From Polyangia bacterium (lineage in GTDB: Bacteria > Myxococcota_A > Polyangia > Palsa-1104 > JAEUJZ01), in contig JAXLYE010000002.1 in the NCBI GenBank assembly GCA_046351595.1, positions 1,432,022-1,496,021 on the forward strand: 64,000 nt of DNA. Direction: 5' to 3'. Below, one piece after another: positions 55,184-64,000 of this stretch; position 1 is the first letter of the stretch, and every line of letters starts with the position of its first letter. The notes beneath the pieces were generated by a model, which made no database searches, was not told where the DNA came from, and saw nothing but the letters and a program-made list of their open reading frames with translations. The position numbers were made by a program, and so were the translations under genes.

Positions 55184-56521
55184 ATGGCCGTTGCCCGCCG
55201 CCTGGGGCTCTCGCCGCCGAGGTTGTCGCCCGGCGTTTCGTTAAGCCGGGCAAGCCGGGCAAGCCGGGCAGGCCGGGCAGGCCGGGCAAGCCGGGGCCTG
55301 ACCGCGAGGCTGGCCCTCTCGGTCGCCCTGGCCGTCCCGGTCGCGGGCCTGGCCCTTACGCAGAGCGGCTGCGCCCAGTTCGTCGAGAACTTCCGCCCGG
55401 TGCTGTTCGCGAAGAAGGCCAAAGAGAACTACGAGCGCGGCGTGCGGTCGATGAAGGGCGAGAGCCACCTCGACGCCGAGAAGTACTTCCGCTACGTCAT
55501 CCAGAACTGGCCGACGTCGCGCTGGGCGGCCTGGGCCGAGCTCGGGCTGGCCGACGCCGCCTTCGGCAAGGAGGACTTCATCGGCGCCATCGAGGCGTAC
55601 AAGGTCTTCATGGCGCAGCACCCGCGCCACGAGAAGAAGGTCGACGGCTACTGCGCCTACCGCATCGGCGAGGCCTACTACAAGCAGATCCCGTCGGACT
55701 GGTTCCTGGTGCCGCCCTCGTACGAGAAGGACCAGGGGCCGGTGATCGACGCGCAGCGCGAGCTCACCGACTTCCTCGACCGCTACGGCCGCACGGTCTA
55801 CGCCGACTCGGCCAACAAGCTGCTCGCCGAGGTGATCCAGCGGCTCGTCGACCACGAGCTGTACGTGGCGCGCTTTTACCTCGACCGCAACCGGCCGCGC
55901 GCCGCCATCTGCCGGCTCGAGTACGTCGTCGAGAACTACCCGCGCGCCAAGCGTGACGCCGAGGTGCTGCTGGTGCTCGGCGAGGTCTACCTGAAGCAGG
56001 CGACGCGCGCCGAGGAGCTTCTGGGCACCGGCGAGCCGCTGTACGCGATGGCCCGCGCCGAGCTGCTCGACTACCGCTGCAAGGGCGACGAGGGCAAGGG
56101 CGGCAAGAAGGAAGACGACGACGAGGAGCTGATCCGGCCCGAGGCGCCGCCGACGGCCGAGGCCAAGCCCGAGTCGGAGGAGCCGGCGGAGGCGGGCGCC
56201 GCGCAGTCCGCCGCGCCGGCCCAGGCCGCGACGCCCAAGCCGGGCGACAAGGAAGCCAAGGTCCTCTCGAAGGAGGAGCAGCAGAAGCGGCTGCGCGAGA
56301 TGCTGCGCGGGCTGGTGCTGAACGCGCGCGACGCGTTTTTGCGCATCACCATCGAGCACAAGAAGGACTTCCGGGCGCAGCAGGCGCGCCTTTATCTACA
56401 GTTTATCGAGCAGCGCTACCGCGACCTGCCCGAGCCGCGCCCCCTGCAGGAGCGGCGCAAGCAGAAGCCCGTCGCCCCGGCGCCGGTCGGCGACGAGCTG
56501 GCGCCGATGCCCGAGGACTAG
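55184..56521 (+). CDS. bamD: Outer-membrane protein assembly factor BamD (TPR lipoprotein)
   Basis: Lipobox LTQSGC, then BamD/YfiO-like TPR helices (AEKYFRYVIQNWPTSRWAAWAELGLADAAF...). The start is uncertain (ATG 55157, ATG 55184, TTG 55223). The Arg-rich signal n-region is encoded by a 9-bp x6 repeat (ccgggcaag). There is an acidic, low-complexity C-terminal extension. Confidence 0.65.
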   Translation: MAVARRLGLSPPRLSPGVSLSRASRASRAGRAGRASRGLTARLALSVALAVPVAGLALTQSGCAQFVENFRPVLFAKKAKENYERGVRSMKGESHLDAEKYFRYVIQNWPTSRWAAWAELGLADAAFGKEDFIGAIEAYKVFMAQHPRHEKKVDGYCAYRIGEAYYKQIPSDWFLVPPSYEKDQGPVIDAQRELTDFLDRYGRTVYADSANKLLAEVIQRLVDHELYVARFYLDRNRPRAAICRLEYVVENYPRAKRDAEVLLVLGEVYLKQATRAEELLGTGEPLYAMARAELLDYRCKGDEGKGGKKEDDDEELIRPEAPPTAEAKPESEEPAEAGAAQSAAPAQAATPKPGDKEAKVLSKEEQQKRLREMLRGLVLNARDAFLRITIEHKKDFRAQQARLYLQFIEQRYRDLPEPRPLQERRKQKPVAPAPVGDELAPMPED

Positions 56522-56603
56522 CGGCCGGCGCGGTCGCCGCCAACCGGAGGCGGAAGGCCGCAGGTAGCTCAAGCGGAGCCTCAAGAGGGAACCAGAGGGA
56601 AAA

Positions 56604-58769
56604 ATGATCCACTCGCTCGCATTCTTGGCCCTGGTCGTCGTGGCCTTCGCGGTGTTCGCGGTCTCGGTGACGCGCCTGTACCGCGTCATGGCGCTCGGGC
56701 GCGTAAACGACCTGCGCCCCGTGGACCGCCTGGGCGATCGCATCGCGTCGGTGCTGATCTACTTCTTCGGACAGAAGAAGGTCGGCGAGCGCATGTCGTA
56801 TCAGCAGCCGGCCGGCGCCACCAGCAAGCACCACTACTTCATCTTCTACGGCTTCCTCGTCATCACCATCGGCACCATCGAGTTCCTCTTGCAGGGGCTG
56901 CTCTTTGGCCTGGTCCCGGACTTCAGCTTCCGCCTGTTCCTCGGGCCGGTGTACCCGGTCCTTTCCTGGAGCATCGACCTGTTCAACGCCCTGGTGCTGG
57001 TGATGATCGCCTACGCCTACTTCCGGCGCATCATCATCCGGCCGCGGCTCATCCCGCTGTCGGGTGACGCGGGCTTCATCCTGGCGCAGATCGCGCTGCT
57101 GATGATCAGCCACTTCGGCTTCCACGGCTTCCACGCCGCCGCCGAGGGCCAGGCCGCCTCGTACGGCCCGATCTCGGACGCGCTCGGCGCCGCGTTCGCG
57201 GGCAATGCGTCGGCGCACACGCTGTCCGAGGTCTTCCGCTACGTGCACGCGGTGGTGCTGCTGTTCTTCCTGAACTACCTGCCGTACTCGAAGCACATCC
57301 ACATCCTCGGCGCGCTGCCCAACATCTACTTCCGCGAGCTCGGTCAGAAGGGCGTGATGCCCAAGCTCAACCTCGATGACGAGAGCGACTGGGGCGTCGG
57401 CAAGGTCGAGCAGTTCTCGTGGAAGTCGCTGATGGATCAGTACGCGTGCACCGAGTGCGCGCGCTGCTCGAACTTCTGCCCGGCGTACAACACCGAGAAG
57501 CCGCTGTCGCCGATGCACCTCATCCACGACCTCAAGTACGAGATGGCCGAGCGCGGGCCGCTGCTGCTGCAGCTGGGCGCGCTGCGCAAGCAGGCCGGCG
57601 TCATCGCGACGGACAAGTCGGAGGCCGAGCAGCAGCTGGAGAAGGCGCCGGCCGCGCTCAAGGCGCAGCTCGAGGACGTGCAGAAGAAGCTCGACGAGCT
57701 GCCGCCGCTGGTCGGCGGGCGCATCAAGGACGAGACGCTGTGGGCGTGCACGACGTGCGGCGCCTGTCAGGAGGTCTGCCCGGTCTTCATCAACCACCCG
57801 CTGAAGATCCAGCAGATGAAGACCCACCTGGTGCTCGCCGAGAGCCGCATGCCGACGGAGCTTACGCGCACGTTCCAGAACCTGGAGCGCAACGGCAACC
57901 CCTGGGGCATCAACCGCGAGCAGCGCATGGAGTGGGCCGAGGGGCTCTCGGTCCCGGTGCCCACCGTCGAGGACAACCCCGAGTTCGAGTACCTCTTGTT
58001 CGTCGGCTGCGCCGCCGCGTTCGACGACCGCATCAAGAAGTCGATGCGCGCGCTGGTCGAGGTCCTGCACACCGCCAGCGTCAGCTTCGCGGTCATGGGC
58101 AAGCAGGAAGGCTGCTCGGGCGACCCGGCGCGCCGCGCCGGCAACGAGTTCGTCTTCCAGGAGCAGGCTCAGGCCAACGTCGAGGCCATGAACGAGGCCA
58201 AGGTGAAGCGCATCGTCACCTCGTGCCCTCACTGCTTCCACACGCTCAAGAACGAGTACCCGCAGTTTGGCGGCAACTACGAGGTGCTGCACCACTCGCA
58301 GCTGCTGGCCCACCTGATCGAGAGCAAGAAGCTCCAGATCGATCAGAAGATGGACCAGAAGGTCACCTTCCACGACTCGTGCTACCTGGGCCGCTGGAAC
58401 GGCATCTACGACGCGCCGCGTACCATCCTCAGCGCGACGGCGTCGGGGGAGCTCAAGGAGCTCGGGCGCGCCAAGCAGCACGGCTTCTGCTGCGGCGCCG
58501 GCGGCGGTCGCATGTGGCAGGAGGAGAAGGGCCCGCGCGTCAACAGGAACCGCACCGAGGAGATCCTGCAGAGCGGCGCCGAGGTCGCTGCCGTCGCCTG
58601 CCCGTTCTGCACCATCATGATCACCGATGGCGTCAAGGACGCGGGCGCGGAGGAGAAGGTCCAGGTCCTCGACGTCGCCGAGGTCGTGCGCAAGTCGCTC
58701 AAGAACATCAAGGCCAAGAAGGAGGCCGAGGCCGCCGCCGAGGGCGCGGCACCGGGCTCCGCGAGCTGA
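56604..58769 (+). CDS. Membrane-bound Fe-S oxidoreductase: N-terminal polytopic domain, two 4Fe-4S motifs and two cysteine-rich CCG domains (HdrD/GlpC-like)
   Basis: Transmembrane helices with conserved His. CTECARCSNFCP and CTTCGACQEVCP ferredoxin motifs. CCG-type motifs (FHDSCYLGR, FCCGAGGG, CPFC). Confidence 0.75.
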   Translation: MIHSLAFLALVVVAFAVFAVSVTRLYRVMALGRVNDLRPVDRLGDRIASVLIYFFGQKKVGERMSYQQPAGATSKHHYFIFYGFLVITIGTIEFLLQGLLFGLVPDFSFRLFLGPVYPVLSWSIDLFNALVLVMIAYAYFRRIIIRPRLIPLSGDAGFILAQIALLMISHFGFHGFHAAAEGQAASYGPISDALGAAFAGNASAHTLSEVFRYVHAVVLLFFLNYLPYSKHIHILGALPNIYFRELGQKGVMPKLNLDDESDWGVGKVEQFSWKSLMDQYACTECARCSNFCPAYNTEKPLSPMHLIHDLKYEMAERGPLLLQLGALRKQAGVIATDKSEAEQQLEKAPAALKAQLEDVQKKLDELPPLVGGRIKDETLWACTTCGACQEVCPVFINHPLKIQQMKTHLVLAESRMPTELTRTFQNLERNGNPWGINREQRMEWAEGLSVPVPTVEDNPEFEYLLFVGCAAAFDDRIKKSMRALVEVLHTASVSFAVMGKQEGCSGDPARRAGNEFVFQEQAQANVEAMNEAKVKRIVTSCPHCFHTLKNEYPQFGGNYEVLHHSQLLAHLIESKKLQIDQKMDQKVTFHDSCYLGRWNGIYDAPRTILSATASGELKELGRAKQHGFCCGAGGGRMWQEEKGPRVNRNRTEEILQSGAEVAAVACPFCTIMITDGVKDAGAEEKVQVLDVAEVVRKSLKNIKAKKEAEAAAEGAAPGSAS

Positions 58770-58807
58770 GCGCTTTTAGGACAGCGTTCTAAATCTAGGA
58801 CGCTGTT

Positions 58808-60991
58808 CTAGTTGAAGCGGTAGCCGACCTGGAGGCCGAGGGCGCCGCGGCCGTAGACGGCGGCGCCGCCCTTGCCGATGCCGGCGCGACCGAGCAGCGA
58901 CAGGCGCAGCTGGCCGCGCCGCCCCCGGCCGAGCAGGCCCTCGATGCCGCCGCCGACCGCGCCGCCGACGTCGGGGGTCGTATCGCCGGCGTCGAGCGCG
59001 ACGCCGAGGTAGTTGACGTGCCACTGCGAGAACGCGACCAGGCGCAGCGCCGGCAAGAGGTCCGCGTGCAGCATCAGCCCGCCCGCGTACGCCGGGGTCA
59101 CGCCGTCGCCCAGGCGCAGGCTGGCGCCCTGCGTCGTCATCAGCGCGAAGGAGCCTAGGCGCACGCCGAGCAGCACGGCCGGCTCCAGACGCCAGCCGCC
59201 GCCGCCCGGGCGCACGTCGGGGCGCAGCTGGCCGCCCGGCTCGGTGAGATCGACCTCGGCCGCGCGATCGAGCGAGCTGCCCGATAGCGGCGCCACGGTG
59301 GCGAGCAGCGCCTGCAGCGCGAAGCGACCGCGCCGCAAAGCCGGTGAGCGCGCCGCGGCCGTGATGTTGCCGAAGCCCACGGCGCCGCCGCCCGCGTCCG
59401 ACGGCCCGATCGCGGCGCGCAGCAGGCTGACGCCGGCCTCGATGCCCAGGCCGTTCTTGAAGGTGAAGCGGCCGAAGGCGCCCAGGCGCACGGCGCCCGA
59501 CATCGTCGACTCCAGGCGCGCCGTGACCAGGCGCCCGGCCCACGGCGAGCGCACGCCGTCAAAGGGCACCTCGCCGACGCCGCCGAGCAGGACGTCCTCG
59601 GGCGGCGGCGGCAGGGCCGGTGGGGCGGGCGGCGGCTCCCGGCTCGGCGGCGCGGTCGGGCCCGCGGGCGCGGGGACCGGCGGCGGCGGCGTGACGAGCG
59701 GCTCGGGGGTGCTGCTCGCGATCGGGCGCGCCTGCGCGACCAGCGTCACCTCGGTCGAAACGCCGCCGACCGTGACCTGCAGCTTGTGCCGGCCCTCGGC
59801 GAGGCCGCCGGTCGGCGGCGCACCATCGACGAGCAGCCCGACCGGCAGCCCGACCGGCGCGCTGAGCTGCGGCTCCTGGCCCGCTTCGAGCTGCACCGTC
59901 CCGTCGCTGGCGAGGCCCGCGAGCTGCGCCACCACCAGGCGATGCGGCGCGCTCGTCGCGCCCGGCGCGCCGTAGTCATCCAGCGCCGTGACCCGCACCT
60001 GGTAGTTGCCGATGTCGAGGCCGCGCAGCATGAGCTCGGTCGTCGGCGCCGCGACCTCGTTGACGCTGCGCGCCGCCGCCGCCGCGCCCGCCGAGGCGGC
60101 GTTGACGTCGGTGCGCACGAGCTCGACGCGGTAGCGCTGCGCCGTCGGCAGCGGCTGCCAGCGCAGGGTGATCTCGAGCGACCCGGCGCTCTCGGCGGAG
60201 CCGGTCAGGAACAGCTCCTCGCTGGCGCCGCTCCACGTCGGGGCGGGCAAGAGCGGGTGCGCCGGGCGCGGCGGCGCGCCCTTGTCCCAGCGTGCGGCCT
60301 CGCCGCTCTTGACCGCGGCGCCCCACAGGATCGACGGGCTGCCGAGGCGCGCCAGCCCGTCGGCGACCGTGATGACCAGCGACTCGCCGTCGAGGCGTAC
60401 GCGGGCGTCGCGGGCCTTGATCGGGAAGCTGCCCGGTGGTCCGTAGATGTAGATCGGCTTGGGCTCGCGGCCCGGCTGCACCCCGACCCCGAGCTCGCCG
60501 CGCTGCAGCGTGATCGACGCGATGCCGGTGGCCTCGACCTGGCTGTCCGCGGTGAGCGTCAGCAGGCCGCCGCCCTCGAGCCACAGCTCGGCCTCGCCGC
60601 TGCGCACGCTGAGCACGTCGCCCTTTGTGAGCTCGCGCGGCAGCGCGCCGGCTGCTTCGTCCGTCGCGCTGGCGGCCGGTCGGATCTGGACGTCGCCGCG
60701 GGTGCGCACAAGGCGCATCACCCCCTGGGCCCCGGGCAGCGCGCCCCGCAGCGGCGGGTAGACGGCCGGGCGGCCGGCGCTCGCGCCCGGTGCCGGCGTC
60801 CGCGCCGGGGTCCCTTGGCCCTGGCCTTGACCCTGGCCCTGGCTCGTCCCCTGGCCCTGGCCCGAGGCGGCGTGCGGACCCAGCGCCAGCACCAGCAGCA
60901 CGCAGCCGCCGGCACCGAGCCGCGCGGTACGTTGCCGGCCCGTGCGGACCTGACCGCGATCCGACGCGTCGAGAGCGTCTTTTCCCTTCAT
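58808..60991 (-). CDS. Secreted/outer-membrane protein: signal peptide, GQ repeat, Ig/FN3-like region and a C-terminal beta-barrel-like domain ending in a terminal aromatic residue
   Basis: ATG at 60991 (cat 60989-60991) with an upstream GGGGA. Signal peptide GCVLLVLALGPHAASG. The C-terminus ...LGLQVGYRFN* has an alternating hydrophobic pattern typical of OMP beta-strands. The 1066-aa ORF reaching 62008 is read-through. Confidence 0.55.
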   Translation of the reverse strand: MKGKDALDASDRGQVRTGRQRTARLGAGGCVLLVLALGPHAASGQGQGTSQGQGQGQGQGTPARTPAPGASAGRPAVYPPLRGALPGAQGVMRLVRTRGDVQIRPAASATDEAAGALPRELTKGDVLSVRSGEAELWLEGGGLLTLTADSQVEATGIASITLQRGELGVGVQPGREPKPIYIYGPPGSFPIKARDARVRLDGESLVITVADGLARLGSPSILWGAAVKSGEAARWDKGAPPRPAHPLLPAPTWSGASEELFLTGSAESAGSLEITLRWQPLPTAQRYRVELVRTDVNAASAGAAAAARSVNEVAAPTTELMLRGLDIGNYQVRVTALDDYGAPGATSAPHRLVVAQLAGLASDGTVQLEAGQEPQLSAPVGLPVGLLVDGAPPTGGLAEGRHKLQVTVGGVSTEVTLVAQARPIASSTPEPLVTPPPPVPAPAGPTAPPSREPPPAPPALPPPPEDVLLGGVGEVPFDGVRSPWAGRLVTARLESTMSGAVRLGAFGRFTFKNGLGIEAGVSLLRAAIGPSDAGGGAVGFGNITAAARSPALRRGRFALQALLATVAPLSGSSLDRAAEVDLTEPGGQLRPDVRPGGGGWRLEPAVLLGVRLGSFALMTTQGASLRLGDGVTPAYAGGLMLHADLLPALRLVAFSQWHVNYLGVALDAGDTTPDVGGAVGGGIEGLLGRGRRGQLRLSLLGRAGIGKGGAAVYGRGALGLQVGYRFN

Positions 60992-61164
60992 GGCAGATTC
61001 CCCGCAGATTTTCTCATGATAGAGCAAAGCGGATGTGAGGGGCATCAACGCTCGGCAGCGTCGGCACCGCACGCCTCGGCTCGAGCCGGCTCTCGTCGAC
61101 GTGGGCCGGCCGCGAGCCGCCGCCCGGCGCCGCGAGACTGCAAAAATTCCGGGCCGATCCGGAG

Positions 61165-62121
61165 TCAGAGGATCGGGAACGGGCAGCGCGCGGGCGGCGT
61201 GAAGCCGCGCAGGCGATCGAGCAGCTCGTCGGCGCTGTGCACCACGAAGTCGGCCTCGCGCTGGTAGACGCAGGCGCGGAACGAAAGCGGTCGCGCGCCG
61301 GCTCCCGCGGAAGAGGGCGGTGCGGCATCCAGCCCCGGCGACAGACCCGGTGACAGCTCTGGCGACAGCTCTGGGGCCGGCGACAGGTCCGGGCGGGCCG
61401 GGCAGCCGCCGAGGCCGAGCAGGCGCGCCGCCACGTAGCAGTCGAGGAACAGCCGGCGATCGAGGTGCTCGCGCAGGAGCGGCCGGATCGCGCTCAGGGT
61501 CTTGAGCCAGAAGGCGCGATCGCACCACCGGGGCGGCGGCTTCACGGCGTTGAGCGCGATGCGATCGACCTCGGGCAGCGACAGCAGCTCGGCCAGCAGG
61601 TGATCGCGCACCTGCTCGGCAAAGCGCTGGGTCGACAGCGTGACGATCAGCACCCGCTCGGGCCGTCCGCGCCCGTCTGCGCTCGCGGCATGCGGCAGCC
61701 GGCGCAGCACGGCTTGTACCGCGGCGACGTCGACCATCGGCGCAGCCCCAGCCATCAGCGCCGCCCCGGGCTCCTTTGTCTGCGCGCGCTCCTTCCACGG
61801 ATCGATCGACAGGTTGAGGCGCGCGACCCCGGCCAGCACCGCCTGTGAGAGCGTCGAGGCCACGGCGAGCGTGGTGGTGATCGCGACCGGCCGCCCGCTC
61901 TCGCCGGCCACCGCGACGAGGCGCGCGAGCAGCGGCAGCACCGGCTCGATCGGCTCGGACAGCGCGATCGCCAGCTCGCGGTAGGGCAGGCGCCGCAGCG
62001 CCTCGCACACGAGCGCCTCGCTGTCGACCAACGTGTGGCCGGCGCTGCCCTCGCGCTCGCCCAGGTAGCAGAACGGACAGGCGATCCGGCAGCGCCCGCC
62101 CTCGAAGTGTACGGACAGCAC
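61165..62121 (-). CDS. Radical SAM domain protein
   Basis: CRIACPFC (CX3CX2C) lies about 12 aa after the proposed GTG start at 62121. A PELSPELSPGLSPGL repeat is present. The upstream part of the ORF (to 62361) has low GC3 and is probably not coding. Confidence 0.5.
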   Translation of the reverse strand: MLSVHFEGGRCRIACPFCYLGEREGSAGHTLVDSEALVCEALRRLPYRELAIALSEPIEPVLPLLARLVAVAGESGRPVAITTTLAVASTLSQAVLAGVARLNLSIDPWKERAQTKEPGAALMAGAAPMVDVAAVQAVLRRLPHAASADGRGRPERVLIVTLSTQRFAEQVRDHLLAELLSLPEVDRIALNAVKPPPRWCDRAFWLKTLSAIRPLLREHLDRRLFLDCYVAARLLGLGGCPARPDLSPAPELSPELSPGLSPGLDAAPPSSAGAGARPLSFRACVYQREADFVVHSADELLDRLRGFTPPARCPFPIL

Positions 62122-62391
62122 GCCGAGCGGGTCCGCGCCGGGCTGCGCGCGCGCCCCGCGCGGGTCCGCAACAGGCCCTTCACCCGCGCCTGCCGGTTGC
62201 GTGCTCTCCGTCGCTGACGACGCGTCTTGCGCGGTGCCGGTCGCGGTATCTACCGGGATCTGCAGCGAATTTGCGACGGCGCGCGCGCCCTGCGCGTTGG
62301 CCGCATCAGCGACGGAAGAATCAATCACCGGCAGTCTACGGAGCGCCATTTGACAGGGCACCTTTTGTCGGAATATCGTCGAGAATACTGG

Positions 62392-63132
62392 ATGATGCGT
62401 CTAGAACAAGCGAGTCGCACCCATGTGGGCCTGGTTCGGGAGAAGAACGAAGACTCCATGCTGGTCGCCCCGGACATCGGCCTCTATGTGGTCTGTGACG
62501 GGATGGGCGGCCACGTCGGGGGACAGGTCGCGTCGCAGCTCGCGGTGCAGACCATCGATCAAGTGATACGGACCGGCCAGCCGCCGCAGCCGCCCGAGGA
62601 TCGCGATGTGCTTTCGACCGCGATCCGCTGCGCCAACTATGCGATCTTTACACGCGCCCGGCAGGATCCGTCGCTGCACAACATGGGCACGACGGTGGTC
62701 GGGGTGCGCCAGCAGGGCGACGTCCTGCACATCTGCCACGTCGGCGACAGCCGCATGTACCGGCTGGTCTACTCCAGCGGCGAGCTCCTGCAGGTAACGC
62801 GCGATCACTCGCTGATCAACCTGTACGAGGACAACCCGGAGCTGGCCAAGCGCTACGGCCCGCCCAACGACAACGTCATCGTCCGCGCCGTCGGCCTCAA
62901 CGAGAACGTCGAGGTCGAGTACCAGGCGATGAACCTGCAGCTCGGCGACGTCTTCCTTTTGTGCTGCGACGGGCTCACCGATATGGTGGACGACTGGATC
63001 ATCCAGCAGGTGATGTCCGACGCCGCGACCGCGCACAGCCTGGACGAGCAGTGCGACGCCCTCATCCGCGCCGCGCTCAGCTTCGGCGGCGTCGACAATA
63101 CGACCGCGATCCTGCTGCGCGTCATTCCCTAG
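62392..63132 (+). CDS. PP2C-family Ser/Thr protein phosphatase
   Basis: VGLVREKNEDS, VCDGMGGH, HVGDSR, CCDGLTD and GGVDNTT motifs of bacterial PP2C (Stp). A TTGACA-containing promoter-like sequence lies at about 62350. Confidence 0.85.
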   Translation: MMRLEQASRTHVGLVREKNEDSMLVAPDIGLYVVCDGMGGHVGGQVASQLAVQTIDQVIRTGQPPQPPEDRDVLSTAIRCANYAIFTRARQDPSLHNMGTTVVGVRQQGDVLHICHVGDSRMYRLVYSSGELLQVTRDHSLINLYEDNPELAKRYGPPNDNVIVRAVGLNENVEVEYQAMNLQLGDVFLLCCDGLTDMVDDWIIQQVMSDAATAHSLDEQCDALIRAALSFGGVDNTTAILLRVIP

Positions 63133-63159
63133 TCGACGCGCTCCGCCCTAGCAGGCGTG

Positions 63160-64000
63160 CTAGCGCAGCGGCAGCTCGCTGACCACCGCGATCGCTCCGG
63201 TCGGGGCGCCGTTCGCGTCGACGATCTGCAGCTCGGTGCCGGCGTCCCAGGCGCTGCGGTGGACGTAGCCGAGCGCGATCAGCCCGTGCTGCGGCGAGCG
63301 CGCCAGCGACGTGAGGACACCGGCCTGCGGGCGGCTCGGGTGGGCCAGGCGGGCGCCGGCCGCGGGCGCCGCGCCGGGTCCGGGCGCAATGCGCAGGCCG
63401 ACGAGGCGGCGGTTGAGGTGCCCGCGATCGCGCAGCCGCACCACGGTCTCCTGGCCGAGGTAACAGCCCTTGGTGTGGCTGAGCGCGTCGTCGAGCCCGG
63501 CCTCGGCGGGCATGTGGTCCTCGGTCATGTCGACGCCGTACAGCGGCGTGCCGGCGGCGATGCGCAGCGCCGCCTGCTCCTCGTCCGACAGCGGGTGCGC
63601 GCCGGCCGCGTGGAGGCGCTCCTGCACCGCGGCGATGCGCTCGGCCGGTCCGAGCACGTGGAAGCCCGGCAGGCCGAGCTCCGGCGTCGCCGCGATCAGC
63701 ACGGGCACCGCGGTGCTGCCGCTCGGCTCGAGCGCGGTCGACAGGAAGTGATAGGGCTTGAGGTTGAGCAGCAGCGTCGGATCCGCGTCGCTCGACGCGA
63801 GCGCGGCGGCGGCCGGGGTGCCGTAGACGCCGAGCTCCGCGACCTCGCCTGAGACGTCGCTGATCGTCGCGTCGTCCATGATCAGGTAGCGATCGAGCGT
63901 GGTCATGAGCTTGTCGCCGGCGCTCCGGACCACCTCGACCAACAGTCCGTCGTCGCCCTGGTCGTACAGCACCAGGTCCGCGATGAGCTTGCCCTTCACC
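63160..64000 (-). CDS. Folate-binding YgfZ/GcvT-like protein (partial; start lies outside the window)
   Basis: Contains the YgfZ signature K-G-C-Y-L-G-Q-E. The ORF is open at the 3' edge of the window. Confidence 0.65.
   Translation of the reverse strand, partial: VKGKLIADLVLYDQGDDGLLVEVVRSAGDKLMTTLDRYLIMDDATISDVSGEVAELGVYGTPAAAALASSDADPTLLLNLKPYHFLSTALEPSGSTAVPVLIAATPELGLPGFHVLGPAERIAAVQERLHAAGAHPLSDEEQAALRIAAGTPLYGVDMTEDHMPAEAGLDDALSHTKGCYLGQETVVRLRDRGHLNRRLVGLRIAPGPGAAPAAGARLAHPSRPQAGVLTSLARSPQHGLIALGYVHRSAWDAGTELQIVDANGAPTGAIAVVSELPLR

Noticed and set aside
58808-62008. 1066-aa ORF as one gene
   Set aside because: The N-terminal third is Arg/Ala-rich frame noise. The credible start is the ATG at 60991 that precedes a signal peptide.
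62122-62361. Upstream extension of the radical-SAM ORF to the ATG at 62361
   Set aside because: The third-position GC of the first 80 codons is low (tgt, caa, cgt, aga, att ...), unlike the rest of the gene.

Overview
This is a 64-kb, very high-GC (~70%) window that looks myxobacterial (Deltaproteobacteria-like): the codon usage is extremely GC3-rich, and proline-rich low-complexity tails and short tandem repeats are common. All calls below are made by eye from the six-frame ORF track and the raw sequence; no database searches were run.

Main content:
- **Type II secretion (T2SS) locus, 9.3-29.6 kb.** It is complete but split into two divergent operons. gspF-G-H-I-J-K-L-M-N runs on the minus strand (18939 down to 9365). 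gspC-D-E runs on the plus strand (24001 to 29580).
- **Genes between the two operons (all minus strand).** A lipoprotein, an FHA-GAF sigma-54 enhancer-binding protein, a second lipoprotein and a bactofilin.
- **Regulation of the T2SS.** Each operon is preceded by a consensus sigma-54 (-24/-12) promoter. Each promoter in turn has a 13-bp TGCCAATTTGGCA-type palindrome about 75-130 bp upstream.
- **Candidate undescribed system, about 48.2-53.7 kb.** This is a low-GC, apparently horizontally acquired island. It encodes a 1400-aa protein whose last ~470 residues are an OLD/AAA_21-type ATPase (PtuA-like) preceded by a ~930-aa uncharacterised helical region. A gene for a TIGR02646-like HNH endonuclease (PtuB-like) follows 2 bp downstream. 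Immediately after that comes a ~23-copy array of 21-bp tandem repeats.
- **Unusual structured element, 4939-5487.** A ~545-bp element fills the whole gap between two convergent genes. It has two ~160-bp near-identical inverted arms that start exactly at both stop codons.
- **Other genes.** Listed upstream of the T2SS: a DEAD-box helicase C-terminus carrying an 18-bp coding repeat, a TPR-zincin fusion, and two paralogous zinc-ribbon Ser/Thr kinases with a PP2C phosphatase elsewhere in the window. Listed around the tRNAs: tRNA-Pro(CGG) and tRNA-Gly(GCC), each followed by a similar intrinsic terminator. Listed downstream of the T2SS: htpG, a GST, a class II glutamine amidotransferase, an M18 aminopeptidase on a probably leaderless promoter, dnaB, a BON-domain protein, a patatin-like phospholipase, bamD, a membrane CCG/Fe-S oxidoreductase, an outer-membrane beta-barrel protein, a radical-SAM protein and a partial ygfZ-like gene at the 3' edge.
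- **Negative results.** No CRISPR array, transposase or integrase was found.
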